DNA of 63,843 bases, filler included, from Reclinomonas americana ATCC 50394 (taxonomy: Eukaryota), in NCBI GenBank assembly GCA_048213135.1. It is 11 parts of 11 records of this genome, joined end to end, with 100 filler letters (N's around TTAATTAATTAA, not from the genome) between each part and the next. Parts side by side here need not be neighbours in the genome. Positions count along the whole stretch, not along the records: positions 12,076 to 15,742 come from AFZH01020960.1; positions 15,843 to 17,366 come from AFZH01020961.1; positions 17,467 to 20,133 come from AFZH01020962.1; positions 20,234 to 35,569 come from AFZH01020963.1; 7 more parts are not named here. One strand, 5' to 3'. The translations under genes and the position numbers were made by a program. This document shows positions 12,292-23,304 of this stretch, piece after piece. How positions within the stretch are numbered: the first letter of the stretch is position 1; each line of letters starts with the position of its first letter. The notes under the pieces were generated by a model that was not told the origin of the DNA, did not search any database, and saw only the letters and a list, made by a program, of their open reading frames with translations.

Positions 12292-13115
12292 ATGATGATG
12301 CTCGGACAGCTGGCCCAACGCTTCTTCCACACCACGGAGCGCACCCTGACGCGCCACGCCCACGATCCCTTTGAGGACTTTAATCGGATGGCCCGCCAGC
12401 TCTTCCGCAACATGCCCTTCATCTGGGACGACGTGTTGCACCCGACCTCGCGCAAGCCGCTGATCGAGAGCGGCAACAAGAAGGGCTCCGAGAGCGCGCT
12501 GACTGCGCGCACTGGCGAGGATGCCATTCCGTCGTTCCTGCCGGCCGTGGACCTCACCGAGACCAAAGATGCGCTGCAAGTGGTGGCAGAGGTGCGAGAT
12601 TCTACCGTCGGCGCACGTTGTGCGTGCTCTGTCTAACGATAGTCCTCCAAGCGCAGGTGCCTGGCGTCAAGCAAGAGGATCTCAAGGTGCAACTCGACGG
12701 CGATGTGCTGAGCATCTCCGGTCAAATGTCGGAGGAGAAGAGCGATGACGACAAGGATAAGAAGTTTCGCGTCCAGATGCACTTGGAGGCTCCGGCTTGT
12801 GCTTGACTCACCTCCTTGTGTGTGTGCAGGTGGCATCGGTGGGAGCGTCGGTACGGAAACTTTTACCGGTCGTTTGTGTTACCCGAAAACAGTTGCGCAC
12901 GACGTGTAGTTGGTGATTGACGACGACAGACACAATGCTGACCTCCTCCTTCGATAACAGCCAAGCGCGACAACATCTCGGCCGAGTACCAGAACGGCGT
13001 GCTGAAGGTCACCATCCCCAAGGCAGAGCCGACCGAGGCCAGCACGAAGACGCGGACCATTGACGTGCAGTCGAGCAACTCGGGCAAGAAGGCCATCCCC
13101 GCCAGCGGCGAGTAA
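12292..13115 (+). CDS. Small heat-shock protein (HSP20/alpha-crystallin); introns 12592-12656, 12764-12829, 12892-12960
   Basis: PAVDLTETKDALQVVAE|VPGVKQEDLKVQL...WERRYGNFYRSFVLPEN...ISAEYQNGVLKVTIPK. Confidence 0.93.
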
Positions 13116-13248
13116 TCAGTGGATCGTGCAGCTTGTGTACGTCACCAATGTATAGAGAAAAACACACACGCAAACGTACGGTACTACGTGCGCTTTCAAT
13201 GCAGGTCGCGCACAGAAACAAACAAACACACAAACAGGCAAACACCCT

Positions 13249-14365
13249 CTACTTGGACTTGCGGCCTTCGGCGCCGGCAGCGACGGCAGCGGCTGGCGCG
13301 GCACCCGCAGCGGCGGCGCGGTTGCCACGAGCCACCTCCTGAGTCTCCTCAGCAGGGCCCTGCTTGCCGATGCGGCCCATAATGTTGCGCATGCCAAAGA
13401 ACACCACCACCATGATCAGCATGCTCTGTTCATGCACACGTGTGATCGATTGATTAGTCGACTGCATAACACAACACACACACACGTGTCGGCACCAGTG
13501 CGTACGCAACTCCGTACTTCTCGAAGAACGACTTCTCCGGCAGAATCTTGGTGCACGTCACAATGTAGCCGGTGCTGTGCGGGCCCGAGGCGGCAGCCGG
13601 GTGCACCGAGAACGTGAAGGCATTCTGCGAAATCACCAGCACCTCGTAGAACGAATCGCCAATCTTGCCACGCGACGTCCACGCGCGATTCGGCAACTGC
13701 ACCACTGCATGTGAGCGCGCACATAACAGAAAGAAGCAGCAGCAGCATGAGGACAACTCGCACCTCCTGGAACGAAAAGTTGACGAGATCAGTGAGTCCG
13801 AGCTCATCGCCATCATCGTCCTCATCATCGTGGCTGACCACCGCCTCCTCCTCATTGTCATCATCATCATCACTGCTGGAAGCCGCCTTCTTCTTGCCAG
13901 CAGCAGCAGCGAGGGAGGCACCCGAGGAGGCCTTGACACGCACACTGCCCGACACATCGGAATCGAACTCGACACGCACAAACGTGCGTGCCACCGCCAG
14001 CTCATTCGAGTCGTCGTCGAGCACCGAGAGGAACTCGTTGTAGACGCCGGAGAGAGCGCCGTCGGCGTCCTTGGTCAGCGTGACATTGCCGGCGACCACA
14101 TCAATCTCCGTGCTCAAGTCGTCCGCAGAGTACCGCGAGATGTCGACCTTCCAGTCACTTGTGCACAAACACACAAGTGTGAGGCGCAAGGGGCGCGCGC
14201 GCGCGCGTGTGCACAAGCAAAACATGTGTGACATTGTTACCCTTGCAACGCGTCCTTGAACGGGAATGTTGATGATCCCTCAGCCGCATGCGAGACGCGC
14301 CCGCCAAACAGCGCCACCAGCACAGCGCACGACACGAGCAGCGATACAAGGACAACCGCGCGCAT
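13249..14365 (-). CDS. Uncharacterised type I membrane protein (signal peptide, C-terminal TM)
   Basis: MRAVVLVSLLVSCAVLVALFG signal; spliced C-terminus KSFFEKYG|SMLIMVVVFFGMRNIM...RKSK; three GT-AG introns. Confidence 0.65.
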
Positions 14366-15332
14366 GGCAGACAACAAACACAAACAAATCCAATCATCCG
14401 ACGGAAGATCTTTGCAATCATGCGTTGATTTCAATTTGAGAAAAGTCTGTCCCCGGATTTTCAATGAGGCCAATCAGTCACTGACAGAAACTTTATGGCG
14501 GCTCGTCCACTCGCGTTCCTACTTCTCCCACAGCACGACGGTCCTCACTAGTAAGCGTTCCAGTGCTTTCGGATTCAATGCTGCACGCGCAGCGGCGCGC
14601 GCACGTCTTTTTCGACGCGTATCGCTGCGGGGGCGCCTGGAAGCGCGCTTTTTCTGAGGAAAGCGTGCCGAGCCGCTCACATACTGCACTTGAGTGGCCA
14701 TATGCAACAGGGACTGCTCTCAGACGATTCCCGACTCGAACATGCGGTCATCCATTGACTTCATCGATCAATCACTCACAAAATGCATGATTTTGCGGAG
14801 ACCCTACCTTCACAACCGCTTGTGTGTAAAATAAACGAGTGATGGCTATCCGGAGAACGATGCGTCGTCTGCACAGTGAAACAAGGAGCGTGGGAAACAC
14901 CGCTTTGCATCTCTGTCTCTAAATGTTACAAAAAATGGACCATTCTGGGCAATCACGCACATGTTGCACAGACACAAATCACACACACGCAAAACTAGCG
15001 ATGGCTATCCGGAGGAGAACACTTACCCTCACCAGCGCACTCTCGAAACTCCGCTGCGCTTCGCCCGCTCACGAGTGGTGGGCGTGATAAGCCTTTTGCG
15101 CGGGAAAAACAAACTTTCGCGCTTATTTGTCACGATTGGCGTGCTCTCTTCACTGCCATCTAATAGAGAAAAAAACGGCGATTCTGATGGCAAAAAGAAA
15201 AGCGGAGCAAAGGGGTGTGTGTGTTGAGGAAAGTGCGTCACACGGCACGCGTCGGCCAGAAAACTCGGTGGACACTTTTCATCAGAAGGTCGATCAGTTG
15301 AAATCAACGCATCATCAACATCACACACAGAG

Positions 15333-15742
15333 AATGGCGCTCTCTCCTGCGCAAAAACGCAAGATCTTTTTGTACTGTTTGCTGGCGGCCTCTGTTACGC
15401 GCAACTCCTTCTCACTCTCTCTCTCTCTCTCACACACACACACTGCTTGGTTGCTCACCAGTGCGGGGGTGCAGTTGGCCGGGTTGACACTGGGACTGGT
15501 GGCCGTGTATTATGCCACCAAGCTGCAGTACATTGGTGAGTCAAGTCAGTGAGAGTGGAAACAGAGAGAGTGTGACTGACTCTCTTGCACACAGGCGCGC
15601 GGATTAGTCTTGTGTTGCAAGCGTGCATGCCGATGAGTTACCCGCTGCTGTGCATTCTCATTTACTGGAAGCCCGGGACGTGGTCGGTGTGTGCGCGCGT
15701 GTGAGAGAGGAGTCTCATCTCTCATTCTGCGTGACTCATTGT
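15333..15742 (+). CDS. Small multi-TM protein, 3' truncated by gap
   Basis: MALSPAQKRKIFLYCLLAAS|LAGLTLGLVAVYYATKLQYIG|ARISLVLQACMPMSYPLLCILIYW. Confidence 0.55.
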
Positions 15743-16028
15743 NNNNNNNNNNNNNNNNNNNNNNNNNNNNNNNNNNNNNNNNNNNNTTAATTAATTAANN
15801 NNNNNNNNNNNNNNNNNNNNNNNNNNNNNNNNNNNNNNNNNNCACCTGCTCACTCTTTGTTTATTACAGCGCCACTATCCGCTCCCAGTGGCGGTGGCGG
15901 CGGCTACGGCACAGTGGATCCTTACTCGTACACGTCGTCGGCCGACAAGCGCTGACCTAACCAAGCAACCATCGATCCGTCGACTGAGAGACAACTTGAG
16001 ACCGAGCGAGCGAGAGAGAGTGAAGAAC

Positions 16029-17018
16029 ATGTTGCTGTTGTCTGTGCGCACGGCGACTCGTCGCGTCCTGGGTGTGCGCTGCCTGGCCTCTGCACAGCAG
16101 CTGTCTCCTCCTCCATCACCTCCTCCACAATCACCACCACCACCTCCAGCATCTCGCTGGTCGCGATTCACACGTGTGCTGCGACTCGACGAGGCTCCCA
16201 AGTCCGCAGTGGCGCTGGGCTTTGGCGGTCTCATCCCCTTTGCCGCCACAGGCCTGGCTGTCACGGTGAGAGAGAAAAGAGAGAGTGTGTGCATCAAGAT
16301 CACTGATGCGCTCGCGTAGGTGACCGCAGGCGCACCTCTGATGGTCAACCTGCAAAGCACATATGCCGCGTGTATCTTGTCGTTCTTGGGCGCAGTGCAC
16401 TGGGGTGTGCAACTAAGACCCTCGACAACAGCAGCGAGCTCTGCACCGCCTGTGTTGACTGTGGTGAGAAGAGCTTTCTCGCTTTCCTCTCCGACTGTCT
16501 CTCTCTGCTGATCCTCTGCCTGCGAGAAGACGAGTGCCAAGCCGGCTGGTGGACACAAGATGATCCCCGGAGCCAACGCACTGAACCGCCTCAGTGAACA
16601 GTACAACTCGGCGGCGTTTCACGAGAGCGACTTGTTCCACTACGGTCTGCCTACCCTTACATACCTCCTTCCTTCCCTTCCCCTCTTACTCATTCTTCTT
16701 CCCCCCCCCCCCTCTCGCGCAGCGTATGGTGTGGCGCCATCACTGGTGGCCTGGACAGCGTTGCAGCTGCCGCTGGTGCCGCGACTGGCGCTGCTGATTG
16801 GTGGCTTCGCGGCGGCACTGGTGGTGGATCTCATGCAGACGCGCAAGTTCCCGCCGTGGTACCGCAACATGCGTGTGTTCCTCACCACGGGTGTCGTGCT
16901 GTCGCTCGGTGCACCGCTCATGTTCTTCCTGTGGATCGAGAAACGCATGGATGCATACGAGGTGTCGGGCTCCACCGCCGCTGGCGGCGAGTCACTGGTG
17001 CCCGCGGTCGACGAGTGA
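16029..17018 (+). CDS. TMEM69/DUF3429-family membrane protein with a transit-peptide-like N-terminus
   Basis: ALGFGGLIPF, YAACILSFLGAVHWG, YGVAPSLVAW and FPPWYRNMRVFLT motifs across four exons. Confidence 0.8.
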
Positions 17019-17242
17019 ACAGTGATGCACGCTCTCGGTGTCATTGGTTCACTCGCTGCTGCTGCACGAGGCGCGGAGGGGAGATAAAGGAAAAGAGTGG
17101 GCACCGAAAGCAACAATGACGTCGGGAGCGGCACATAAAAACAAGAAAAAAAGCAATGAAGGGAGAGACCAGCTAGACCAACAAAACAACACGAAGGAGA
17201 ACGACATGACAACTGGGGAGAGACTGTGGGTGTCGGCGCCAC

Positions 17243-17366
17243 TTATTCGTGCGACATCAGGCGCACCAGCTCAAAGAGAGCGAGGTTGCCGTTGCCACGC
17301 AGGTCGAATCTGTGGAAGGCCTCCTGCACCACCGGGCGGGGGATGTCGGCCAGGCCGATTTCGCGA
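17243..17366 (-). CDS. 3' terminal exon of an EF-hand protein (rest lost in gap)
   Basis: VVQEAFHRFDLRGNGNLALFELVRLMSHE*, an EF-loop-like DxxGNGxL motif. Confidence 0.5.
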
Positions 17367-17470
17367 NNNNNNNNNNNNNNNNNNNNNNNNNNNNNNNNNN
17401 NNNNNNNNNNTTAATTAATTAANNNNNNNNNNNNNNNNNNNNNNNNNNNNNNNNNNNNNNNNNNNNACAG

Positions 17471-19061
17471 TCAATCAAAATGCACTTTGATGTGCCACAC
17501 ACATCTGCACGCAACAGGGAAGATGCTCGCAGCCGTACGTCTCACGCGCAATCTCACTCGGGAACTCCTTGTGTCGCCCGTGAGCGCCACTGTGTGAGAG
17601 TGCGAGTGTGTGAGAGAGACAACTTCAACAGTCACTTTTTTCCTCTGTGTGTCACACTGTGCAGGCACGCACCAGCTGGGGCAGTTGATGCAGCCGGGAT
17701 TGATGCCACAGTTCTACGAGAGAACGCGCGTGTGAGTGAACGAGTGAGAGAGACATGACAAACGGTCATCCCGCCCACACGTGCGCGCGCGAAAAAGCAG
17801 ACATTGAAGTGCGCGTTTGTGTGCGTGTGTATGTGCATCGTTACCTGGCACACGTGGATCTCCTCCATACTCATGGCGTCGTGAGTGATGGCGAAACAAA
17901 GAGATGGGGAGAGGGGTTGGGACAAAAATTCACTTTCTTGACTTCAAACACCTTGGATCCATTGTGGGAAGCCCACTACGCGACTGGCGAGTCCAGCGCG
18001 AACAGTAAACGGACCCTTGTACTGGCCACCCGGCAGCGCCACCATGTAAAAGCTGCTCAGATCGAAGAAGAACTGACGTCGACATCAAAACGTAAGACAG
18101 CGCTAGCGCTTCTGATCGCTGCAAGTGCATGGAGTGGTGCACGTACCCAGGTGGAGCCATTGGGCGAGATGCCGTTGACGGTGGGGTAGCCGGGACCGTC
18201 CGGAACGTGCATGATAACATGCGAGGCGCCGGTGTTCGGATCGATGCCGTACAACACATAGGAGGCGACGAGCACGAGCTGCGCGCGCGCCGAGTCCCAC
18301 TGCAAGTCAAGCGGCCGCGAGATGCCCGTGTGGATCGAGCTGCTGGTGACCTTGCTGGTGGCCGGATCGACCTTGAGCACGACCACATCGACACCGCTGT
18401 TGCTGTCGACCACAAAGATCCGCGACACGTCGTCGCTCGTCACCGCCGCCTCCCACACAGAGTCGAGCGCGACAGTCGCCACCTGCGTCACACTGCCCGT
18501 CGCTTCCACACGCCACACTGCATGCACTTCATCATCAGCGCGCAACGCATGCACGACAGCAGGTGGCAGCAGCTGGCAAACCATGTTGCTGACTAACAAG
18601 CCACACTGAGTTGCCGAGTCGCACCATGCCCAGCAGCGCATCCGAGTCGCTCAGAGGCGGCATGTTGGCCAGCACTACCAGTACCGCCTAAGTGCATCAC
18701 CACACCACACGAGCAGAAGCGCACACCACTCACCTCGCGTTTTTCCGGTGGCCACCTGCACGGCATAGATCTGCGCGACACCAATCACCGCCACCGCCAT
18801 TTCGCGCGGGCTATTCGCCGTCGGCGGCACCAGCATGACACTGTAACTGGGAAAGGTCTGCGCCACCTGCGTGCACCACGACAGCTGCGAGCTCACAGTG
18901 ACATTGGCCCCCGTCTGCCCGTCGAAATGCACCAGCGAGCACGCGCCTCCGTTCTCCGGCAACCGGAAGATGCCGGCGAGCGTGGGCGTGAAGCTGGCGG
19001 CCGATACGGCCGAGAGAAGCACGAGTGAGCACAAGAGGAGAAGCCAACGCGCAGGTTGCAT
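17471..19061 (-). CDS. Secreted protein of unknown function (possible beta-propeller), 3' truncated
   Basis: Signal peptide MQPARWLLLLCSLVLLSAVSA; repeated beta-rich motifs (FDGQTG, VQVATG, VDPATS, IDPNTG); short GT-AG introns. Confidence 0.6.
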
Positions 19062-19117
19062 GATTTGATAGACAATCTCTACCCACGCGCGAGTGTGTTT
19101 GTCTATGTGTGTGTGTA

Positions 19118-20005
19118 ATGGCCACTGGAGCCAACACGACGGCTGTGGGTCGACGCACAGCAGCTGCGCGACGAGAGGAGGAGCATGCGCAGTTGCTGGT
19201 GGTGGGATATGCCAGCAAACTCTTTCGCGATGATGAGATTGTTGAGTGACAACTTCACTGCATGCACACACTGACACACACACACACACACACTGATGCA
19301 CACATACACTCTTTCTCTCTCTCTGTGCGTGTGCGAATCAAAGTGAGTTGTGATTGATCATTGCTGCATTGATCAATATCGTAGGCAAGTATGGTCGACA
19401 GTGGGCGCTTCTTGGTTCCGTGGTTCGGGTCTGAGCGACTGCGTGTCGACCGGTACGACGTGCGTCTGTTGACGGATGACTTGAGCATGTTTGCGAATCC
19501 GCATGCGGGTGTGCCGCAGCCGCTGCCCAAGGACGAGGCGAACTTTGTGGAGGAGGATGGCGTGTCGTTGCGCCTGCTCAACAATGAGCGCTTCGCCGAC
19601 TGCCCCGATGAGCTCTTCTATGAGCATGTCAAGGATGAGATGCATGCGTCGGCGTCGTCGGCGTCGTTGACGCTCATGGAGGGTGGCTCTGATGAGGAGG
19701 ATGAGCAGCAGCATCAGCGATCGAGGCGGCAGGTTGCGTGCTCTTCTCTGCACAGGAGTGCCTCTGCCGTGTGCTGAAGCTTGTGAACTGTATGTACAGG
19801 GCGCCTTCATTCCACTCAACTACGACAAGATTGGTGGTAGTGGCAGCGGAAGCGGGAGTGGGAGTGCAGCAGTGTAAGTCGACTCCGTTGCCTCGTCGTC
19901 ATCTCTCGTGCGTGCGCTGATGGTGTGCACAGAGAGGCGCCGGCCAGCAACTATCTGGTGGTGCTCGAGGACGATGGGAGTGAACGGCGTCTCGCCAAGG
20001 TGCGT

Positions 20006-20039
<34 letters not shown>

Positions 20040-20352
20040 CGTCGTACTACTCCGTCCTTCGTCCGTTACCGTACGTACGAACGTCGGAGTTACGACTACA
20101 CTACGTTACGAACTACTAAACTAACGTACCGTANNNNNNNNNNNNNNNNNNNNNNNNNNNNNNNNNNNNNNNNNNNNTTAATTAATTAANNNNNNNNNNN
20201 NNNNNNNNNNNNNNNNNNNNNNNNNNNNNNNNNGGTACGGTACGTACGGTACGGTACGCGTACGGTACGGTACGTACGGTACGTACGTACGTACGTACGT
20301 ACGTCGTACGTACGTCGTACGTACGTCGTCGTACGTCGTCGTCGTCGTCGTC

Positions 20353-20448
<96 letters not shown>

Positions 20449-22088
20449 GTATGGGGCTCACCAGTTCGTCCCGTGTGCAGCCGGCCGACATCAAGGTGTT
20501 GAATGTGCTGCTCAGCACAGCCTCCTTTGTGGCGGAGCATGGCAAGAAGATGGAGATCACCATCACCGTCAAGCAGGCCAACAACCCCAACTTTGCGTTC
20601 ATCAAGTTGCGCGCTGACCTCCGCCGTCGAGCCGAAGGTGCTTGCCGTCGTTCCACTGACCTGCATGTGGCGCACAGACCGTCATCGCCGTTCCACGCCT
20701 ACTACCTGCACATGGTTGCGAATCCTATGATGCTGCAGTACGAGAAGAAGGCGGTGGTGGCGGCATCTGCGTCGGCGAGCACGCTCTCCTCACCCAGACG
20801 ACCGGAGGTCGCGGACTCGGTGTCACCCACGCCGGCCAGCACGCGACCCGTCACTGCCGTGGCCAGTGCGGCGTCCTCGCGACCCAGCTCCCGACCATCG
20901 TCCCGCCGCAGTTCCCCCACTCGCCACTTGAATGAGATTACGAGTTGAGTGCGTGCTGCTGTACCGAATAATTCACGCTCCATCTGCTAAAACCTTTGCG
21001 CGCAGTGCCGCCACCCGACATTGTCGTGGTCATTGATCGTCTGTGTGCGTTTGTCGCCAAGAATGGACCCGAGTTTGAGAGCGTTGTCAAGGTATGCTTT
21101 CTCGTTTCGATCTCTGTGATTGTGCTGCTGACGCTGGCGTGCACACAGGCGCGCGAGAAAGACAACCCCAAGTTTGCGTTTCTGCTGCCGTGGAACGAGT
21201 ACAATTCGTACTACTTGCAGAAACGCGACAGTTTGCTGGCGGCCGCCAAGATGGCTGCAGCGGCCACGGAGACCAGCACACCGGCTGCGTTCTCCGGCAT
21301 GGGTTCGCCCGTGCGACCAACGGAGCAGCTTCTGTCGCGCCTCGAGCCGATGCACGATGTGGAGATGGTGATTCCGGAACACATTGAGTTGGAGGAGTCA
21401 ACGGCGGCCGGCGCCTTCTCGCCCGTGGAACAACCCAGTGTGGACGAGGAGGAAAGGGATCATGGCGGAGAGGAACGTGAGGATGAGCACGACGAGGAGG
21501 AGTGGGCAGCGCGTGCCGCCACCGCCGTGCGACGAGGTCGCCGGCCCACCGGCAGCGTCGAATTCATCACCGAGTTTGGCGACGAGAGCGGTGATTGCCT
21601 TTTTCACCTTGCCCTTTCCCTTCTTTGTGCACGAAGCTCACCACCGCTCACGACAGGCGAAGATGAGGATGACACGGGTATGAGTGAGAAGGCGAAGAAT
21701 GGAGCAATGCAGGTGGACGGTTCGTCGACACGCCCGTCGCGTTTCGGTGTGGCACCAAAGACAGAGGAAGGTGAGGGGGCGATGGGAGAGTGTTGCTGCT
21801 GCTGCAGCTGCGCACCAAGAGACCTCATCGTGTTCCTTTTCTTCTCCCGCCCACCGCAGAACTGAAGGCGGACAGAAGGCGGCGCATGCAAATGCTTCTC
21901 AAACCGCTTCTCGGCGAGGTGTGACATGTTTCCATCCTTTGTCTTTGTGGAGTGACGATGTTCACCCACGTACTGTAGGCTGCACCGGCGCCATCAACTG
22001 CGACACCCACTCGCGACGATTCGGCGACCTCAGCCCGTGCACTCGGGAAGCGGCTGCGCGATGCCGAGTCGAGAAGAGAACGCGCTGA
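19118..22088 (+). CDS. SFSWAP: Splicing factor suppressor of white-apricot homolog (DRY_EERY domain + two Surp/SWAP modules), spans a gap
   Basis: LLVVGYASKLFRDDEI|ASMVDSGRFLVPW...VDRYDVRLL...NERF; Surp modules TASFVAEHG...NPNFAFIKPSSPFHAYY and LCAFVAKNGPEFE...NPKFAFLLPWNEYNSYY. Confidence 0.85.
20040..20445. repeat. (CT)n and GTAC/GTC low-complexity tract around a gap (intronic; probably low-quality contig ends)
   Basis: Long CT run 20354-20445 and repeated gtac units on both sides of the N spacer. Confidence 0.8.
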
Positions 22089-22362
22089 GCTGGAGCAGGT
22101 CTGCATTCTCCACTCTTGTGCACACCGCCTCCCGGTATTGATCTGCACCACACAGCTCGGCGTCTCACCTCGGCGCCCACTACAACAGCGGAGGCGCGTG
22201 CTCGGACTGCCGGGTCGCGAGACGTGTCGCGAGGAGTTGCGAGAGGCCATCTTCACCACATGGCAGAAACACAAGTGGCCGACTACACGCGATCAACCTC
22301 CTCCTCCTCCACCACCACCACCTACACACCCATAACAATTGTATTCTTCCACCCCGTAATGC

Positions 22363-23238
22363 TCATGACTGGCTGTTGCGACGCGCGAGACCCATCTTGA
22401 TGAGTTTCTGTGCGTCGGCGCGCTTCAGGTATCGCGTGTTTCCCTGCCGCAGCTCAATCGACGTGCCGTCCTCGGTGACAAAGTTGCCGGCGTCCACCAG
22501 CACCAACACCTCCACGTACAGCTCCCTCGGTGGCTCCATGTCCTGCACGCACGCACGCACGCTGCAGAGTGAGTGCACGCCGAAGAAGAACAAGAAGATC
22601 AAGGTGGTTGTGGGAACGAAACGACGGTGAGATCAAAGCCGCACTCGACCGCATACTGCGTCAACGACGAGTCGTAGTTGGACCAGAACTCGCGCTCGTG
22701 CTTGCTCATGTTCTCATCGAGGCCCTCTGGTGGCTCCCGCGCGCCACAGCACCATCGCGCCACCATTAGTCGCCGCACGCGCTCATTCCTGCACCCTCAA
22801 GCGGTGAGAGAGGGGGGAGGGAGGAGGGGAAGGAGGTGACGCAACAGGTAGGTCATTGCCAGTCGCTTGTTGCGCGTCACTGCCGTGTGATAGAACACAA
22901 TGTTGGAGGCTCCATAGGGTTCCCGCCTCTCCACATAGGGATTTCTGATGTGAATCGGGAGTGTGTGAGTGAGAGAGAGAGAGTGAGTGAGTGCCTCTCT
23001 CACGCGCTCACTCACCTCAGTGTTGTCAGCACCTCGCGATGCAACACACCAATCTCAGTGACCACTTTCTGCATGGTTTCCTCCTGATGACGCGCGCGAA
23101 ACACACAGTGAGGATGACAACTCTCTCTCACATGCACATGTTCTCACACACACACGGGCGCGCAACATCGTATGGCGGGAGACCACCATCTCGCTTCAAC
23201 TGGCGCACCAGAGAGAGCGCGTTCTCGCCAGCGTTCAT
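22363..23238 (-). CDS. GINS1: DNA replication complex GINS subunit Psf1
   Basis: LPPYD|EETMQKV; HTAVTRNKRLAMTYL|NERVRRL; FDLTV|DMEPPRELYVEVLVLVDAG...YLKRADAQKLIKMG. Confidence 0.92.
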
Positions 23239-23273
23239 TTTGTGAGTGGAGAAAGGGGTTTGCATGCTCGCGA

Positions 23274-23281
23274 GCGGGAAA
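23274..23281 (-). promoter_or_regulatory. Candidate E2F site TTTCCCGC just upstream of GINS1
   Basis: Exact TTTSSCGC match 35 nt upstream of the ATG of a replication gene, inside a 66-nt intergenic gap. Confidence 0.45.
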
Positions 23282-23304
23282 TCAGTTTCTTTTTTTACAC
23301 TGCG

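Noticed and set aside
14500..14760. Possible RNase MRP/P, SRP or telomerase RNA
   Set aside because: Only partial motif likeness (GAGCAGTCCC); no matching P4 partner, SRP helix-8 or telomeric template found.
20040..20350. GTAC/CGTA tandem tract resembling a telomere or satellite
   Set aside because: Confined to contig ends beside a (CT)n run; likely low-quality sequence.
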